A DNA stretch of 64,000 nucleotides. Source: the human T2T-CHM13v2.0 reference genome, Homo sapiens. Position numbers and translations under genes: made by a program. Under the pieces are notes generated by a model. It was not told the origin of the DNA. It was given only the letters and a program-made list of their open reading frames with translations, and did no database searches. This document shows, piece after piece, positions 60,290 to 64,000 of the stretch (within the stretch, counting starts at the first letter, position 1; each line of letters opens with the position of its first letter). The DNA lies in assembly GCF_009914755.1 (NCBI RefSeq), contig NC_060936.1. One strand, 5' to 3'.

Positions 60290-62465
60290 AAAGACTCAGA
60301 TTTTGGAGGCTGAAAGTCTGGTGACTCTCGTTATGCAGGGGCAACACATTTGGATAAAAGAAACTGCAACAGTTGGAAAACTTAACTGTCTGCCACCTGG
60401 TGTGGTGTCAGTGAAAAGGATGGCAAAAAGGCAGAGTATTGGGGTTGGTTGGCTGCTTCTTACTGCTTTCATCCAAGTTCTAGAAAAGAGATAAATTCAG
60501 GCTAGAGCTCACCAGTCTGTTAACAGAGATACAGACTGTTGGAGGTATAGCTCTCTTGCAGGTGCTCCGTGCCTGAGGCCTCTAATTTAAATTGACTGAA
60601 GGTCTGGAATTGGAGCCTTGCAGTTTGGTAAAGAAAATCAGGAGCATACCTCAAAGGGAAGCAGTTATATGCTGTGGCTGTGAAAAGACAGCCTAAGCAG
60701 GAGATAAAACTGTGGTCCTAAACCTTTTTCAGTACCTTTTATTAAGAGTTTTCTGCCAGACAATGAGAGCTCAGTGCAACAGCAAAGATCAGATTAAGAA
60801 TCTTGTTTTTATGCTAAAACAAGGGTTTTTTTTTTTTTTTCTTTCTGAGGGCTTCTAGACTGCTGCCATTAACTTTATGGCTTAAGAGGCATGGATAGAG
60901 GAGAGAAGCCAGTAAGCACAGACCAGAGTCTTCAGATTTAAAAACGATGTGCAGATGCATTTGGTTGTGGAATATTTGCATGTGGGATGTCTGGAACTAA
61001 CCACAGGCAAACAGATCATAACTCTACTAAGGTTTTGAAGGAATTATACTGACAGAGGAATCACAAGCCTGGCTGTAAAAGCCTGTGACTGTTCCACCCC
61101 TAAAGCCCAGGCCTCCAAAACAGAGAGTGGGAAGTTGTGCAACACCCAAGTAGGTAATACTTTCCAATGTTGTATTAGTCAGTTCTCACACGGCTATAAA
61201 GAAATATCTGAGACTGGGTAATTTTTAAAGAAAAGAGGTTTAATTGGCTCATGGTTCTGTAAGCTGTGCAGGAAGCATGATGCTGGCATTGTCTTGGCTT
61301 CTGGGGAGGTCTCAGGAAACGTACAATCTGCACGTGGCTGGAGCAGAAGGCGAGGGGAGGTGCCACACACTTTTAAATGACCAGATCTTATGAGAACTCT
61401 ATCATGAGAACAGCACTGGGGGCCGGTGCTGAACCATTAGAAACTGCCCTCATGATCCAAATCACCCCCCGCCAGCCCCCCTCTCCAGCACTGGGGATTA
61501 CATTTCAACATGAAATTTGGGTGAGGATACAGAGTCAAACCATATAAAATGTCTATTTCAATTTGTTCATGGAAGATAATGGACAAGAGAGAACAGATCA
61601 GACAGGACAGTGGACAAGGGAATTACTCTCCAAGACCAGAATCCAGGATGTCAGATGGTCAAAATAAGCACTCTACTACCAAAGAACAATGGAATTTATT
61701 AATTATAATGGACTAGTGACTGCTGTGTATTTTCTCTGCTCCCCATTACCAAATCGTAGATTTAATTGCATGCAGTTAATCTGCTTCTTGCTCCTCCATT
61801 GCATCTTTGGTGTTTTTGAGGCAGATGAGGTCACCAGATCACAAAGATCCATATCTAGACTTGACTGAGAGTTATCTCCCAGAGGTCCTGGACTTTGATC
61901 TGGAAGCTGTGCCTGGTTGGGGCTTTGCTGTTGTGTCTTTTGAGGAGGGTATGAACAGGTCCTTTATGGAGAGGAAGGTTGTGCACAGGTGGTTGGGTGA
62001 CCAAAGGGACTGACTGTATTGGAGACTGCAATAAGAGTTCCAAATATTCATTCGTCCCTTCTTCCTTAGTAAGAATCCTCAAATGTTAGATGGAAGCTTG
62101 GCTGCTGGACCTAAAGATTATTTTTCAGCTGTCATTGCTAGTCCTATGGACACAAGACTAAGTTTTGGCCAAGAGTGTACAAATGACTGTGCTTGGTGCA
62201 TCCGCTGAGAGGTGTCATTAGAGGGAAGAATGGGAGAATCCTTTAAAACAACAACAAAAAATCTTTCCTGCTGGCCAGAATGAGTTTGCTGGAAGTGGAA
62301 GGGATATTGTCAACCAGGAGGTAATGTGGAGTCCACATGATGAAGATGGTGGTATAAGATAGAAGAAAGCTGGATTGTTGACAATGGAGCTCCCCAGAAT
62401 AGTTGTAGGTTGCCTGTACTTATGTGAAATAAAAATGTATTTTTGGATCAAATTCTAATGAATAC
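60290..62465 (+). mobile_element. MaLR internal remnant plus 3' MLT1J-type LTR (62015-about 62465)
   Basis: MLT1-int-like sequence, then a purine-rich tract, then tgtattggagactg...cccttcttccttagtaag. Confidence 0.5.
61171..61546 (-). mobile_element. MSTA/MSTB MaLR LTR
   Basis: tgtattagtcagttctcacacggctataaagaaatatctgagactggg...caaaccatat. Confidence 0.85.
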
Positions 62466-62512
62466 ACATTTTACCTTAGATTTATATAATTAGGTAAAAA
62501 AACCAGAGCAGC

Positions 62513-62914
<402 letters not shown>

Positions 62915-63785
62915 TGAATAATGTTTTATATTCAATTTGACTCTAAAAAGACATAACAAACAAGTTGTATTTTCTTTTCTCTCAGAGACCACTTCATTGA
63001 GTAAAAGCACCTGATGTGTTGCTTGGGATTTAGGGGTGGAGCTGCTTTGCAACTTGATGGCAATTTTGAAGCAGGCCCGTGTCCCTGAGATTGGCTTGAT
63101 CCTTCCCAGTGAGGTACAGTCCTTGAACAGTTTCTCTAGTGATATTTTTCATAAGCAAATTTTTCTTTTCTTCAACATCAGGCATAAATTAAATTTATAA
63201 AGGGGCAAAATAGCTTGGTTCAATGTTAAGAGGACTACATACAAATAATGTAAATGCTACCTAAATGCCACATAAAGGCAAAGTATTTTAAACAAGTTGC
63301 AGTTATCAGCCCAGTTATGATACCATATAACAATAGAGTATGTGATACTGGCTACTTTAACAATAAATGTGTCTATATTCTATGTATGTTAGAAATACTC
63401 TTTATATAATACATTAGTCAAATGGAATTATTATACCACAGTGAAAAATTTAATGCTAAAAAGTATATTTGAAGCATTTAAAGGTCATAAACATTTCAAA
63501 ATATATGAAATAAAGAAACCATAATATCCTTTGTTTCTAATAAAATCTTACTCTGAAGTGTGGTACTTAACGAAGTTGAGAGTTGAGTTCCTCTGATACA
63601 ATCTCTGATGGATACATGGTACAGAGCCCTGTTCACATAGCCCTCTCCCTAATCCTGGCTTGGGCTGCTCAGAGGTCTCAGGGAAATGCCCAGGGCCTGT
63701 GGGGGTAAAATTAGGTAAAAATCTCTCTAGTTCTATGCTGTCATTTAACATAGGAGGCAAAGTTACGCTTTTGGGGTCATATCAT

Positions 63786-64000
63786 TGAAACTGCTTTTGC
63801 AAAATTATATCAGTGAGAAAATTATGGCAGTGGGAGAGATCTGATCTAGCCAAGCACCCTTTTGCCTTTAGCCTCCAAGCTGCCTTTAATTATTCTTGGT
63901 ATAGCTTTGAGAGACATTTAGTTTATAGTTTAATTGATAACAGGCCTTCCCCAAAACTCAATAATCTTTGTAAAGCTAACAAAAGGCCATCAGGTTTGGA
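63786..64000 (+). mobile_element. LTR8-family ERV1 LTR (5' part; runs off the window)
   Basis: TGAAACTGCTTTTGCAAAATTATATCAGTGAGAAAATTATGGCAGTG start. Confidence 0.65.

Overview
Primate (most likely human) repeat-rich genomic DNA. I see no recognisable protein-coding gene, CpG island or intact RNA gene, and I cannot name the locus. Every ORF I could recognise is a read-through of Alu, L1, ERV or hAT sequence or of a microsatellite; the rest are short and unsupported. Roughly half or more of the window is interspersed repeat: about 16 Alus, young L1PA 3' fragments, old L1M/L2 pieces, MaLR/ERVL/ERV1 LTRs and DNA transposons, including a near-full-length decayed hAT of the Blackjack type. Underneath the repeats, the window contains two colinear, strongly diverged copies of an ancient direct duplication (about 1-21 kb versus about 27.5-47 kb). 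The two copies share nested L1M/MLT1 junctions and some splice-site-like signals. Other notable observations: (1) a poly(A)-tailed, TSD-flanked retrocopy of a 24-nt 5' tRNA-Glu fragment; (2) an Alu with a 5' inversion of twin-priming type; (3) two 5'-inverted L1s, one cut by a later deletion; (4) a zero-spacer inverted Alu pair; (5) several template-switch scars; (6) candidate CTCF and RFX/ETS elements. All alignments were done by eye. Repeat subfamily names come from recalled consensus features and old-repeat boundaries are approximate. I found no evidence of a complete novel gene system.
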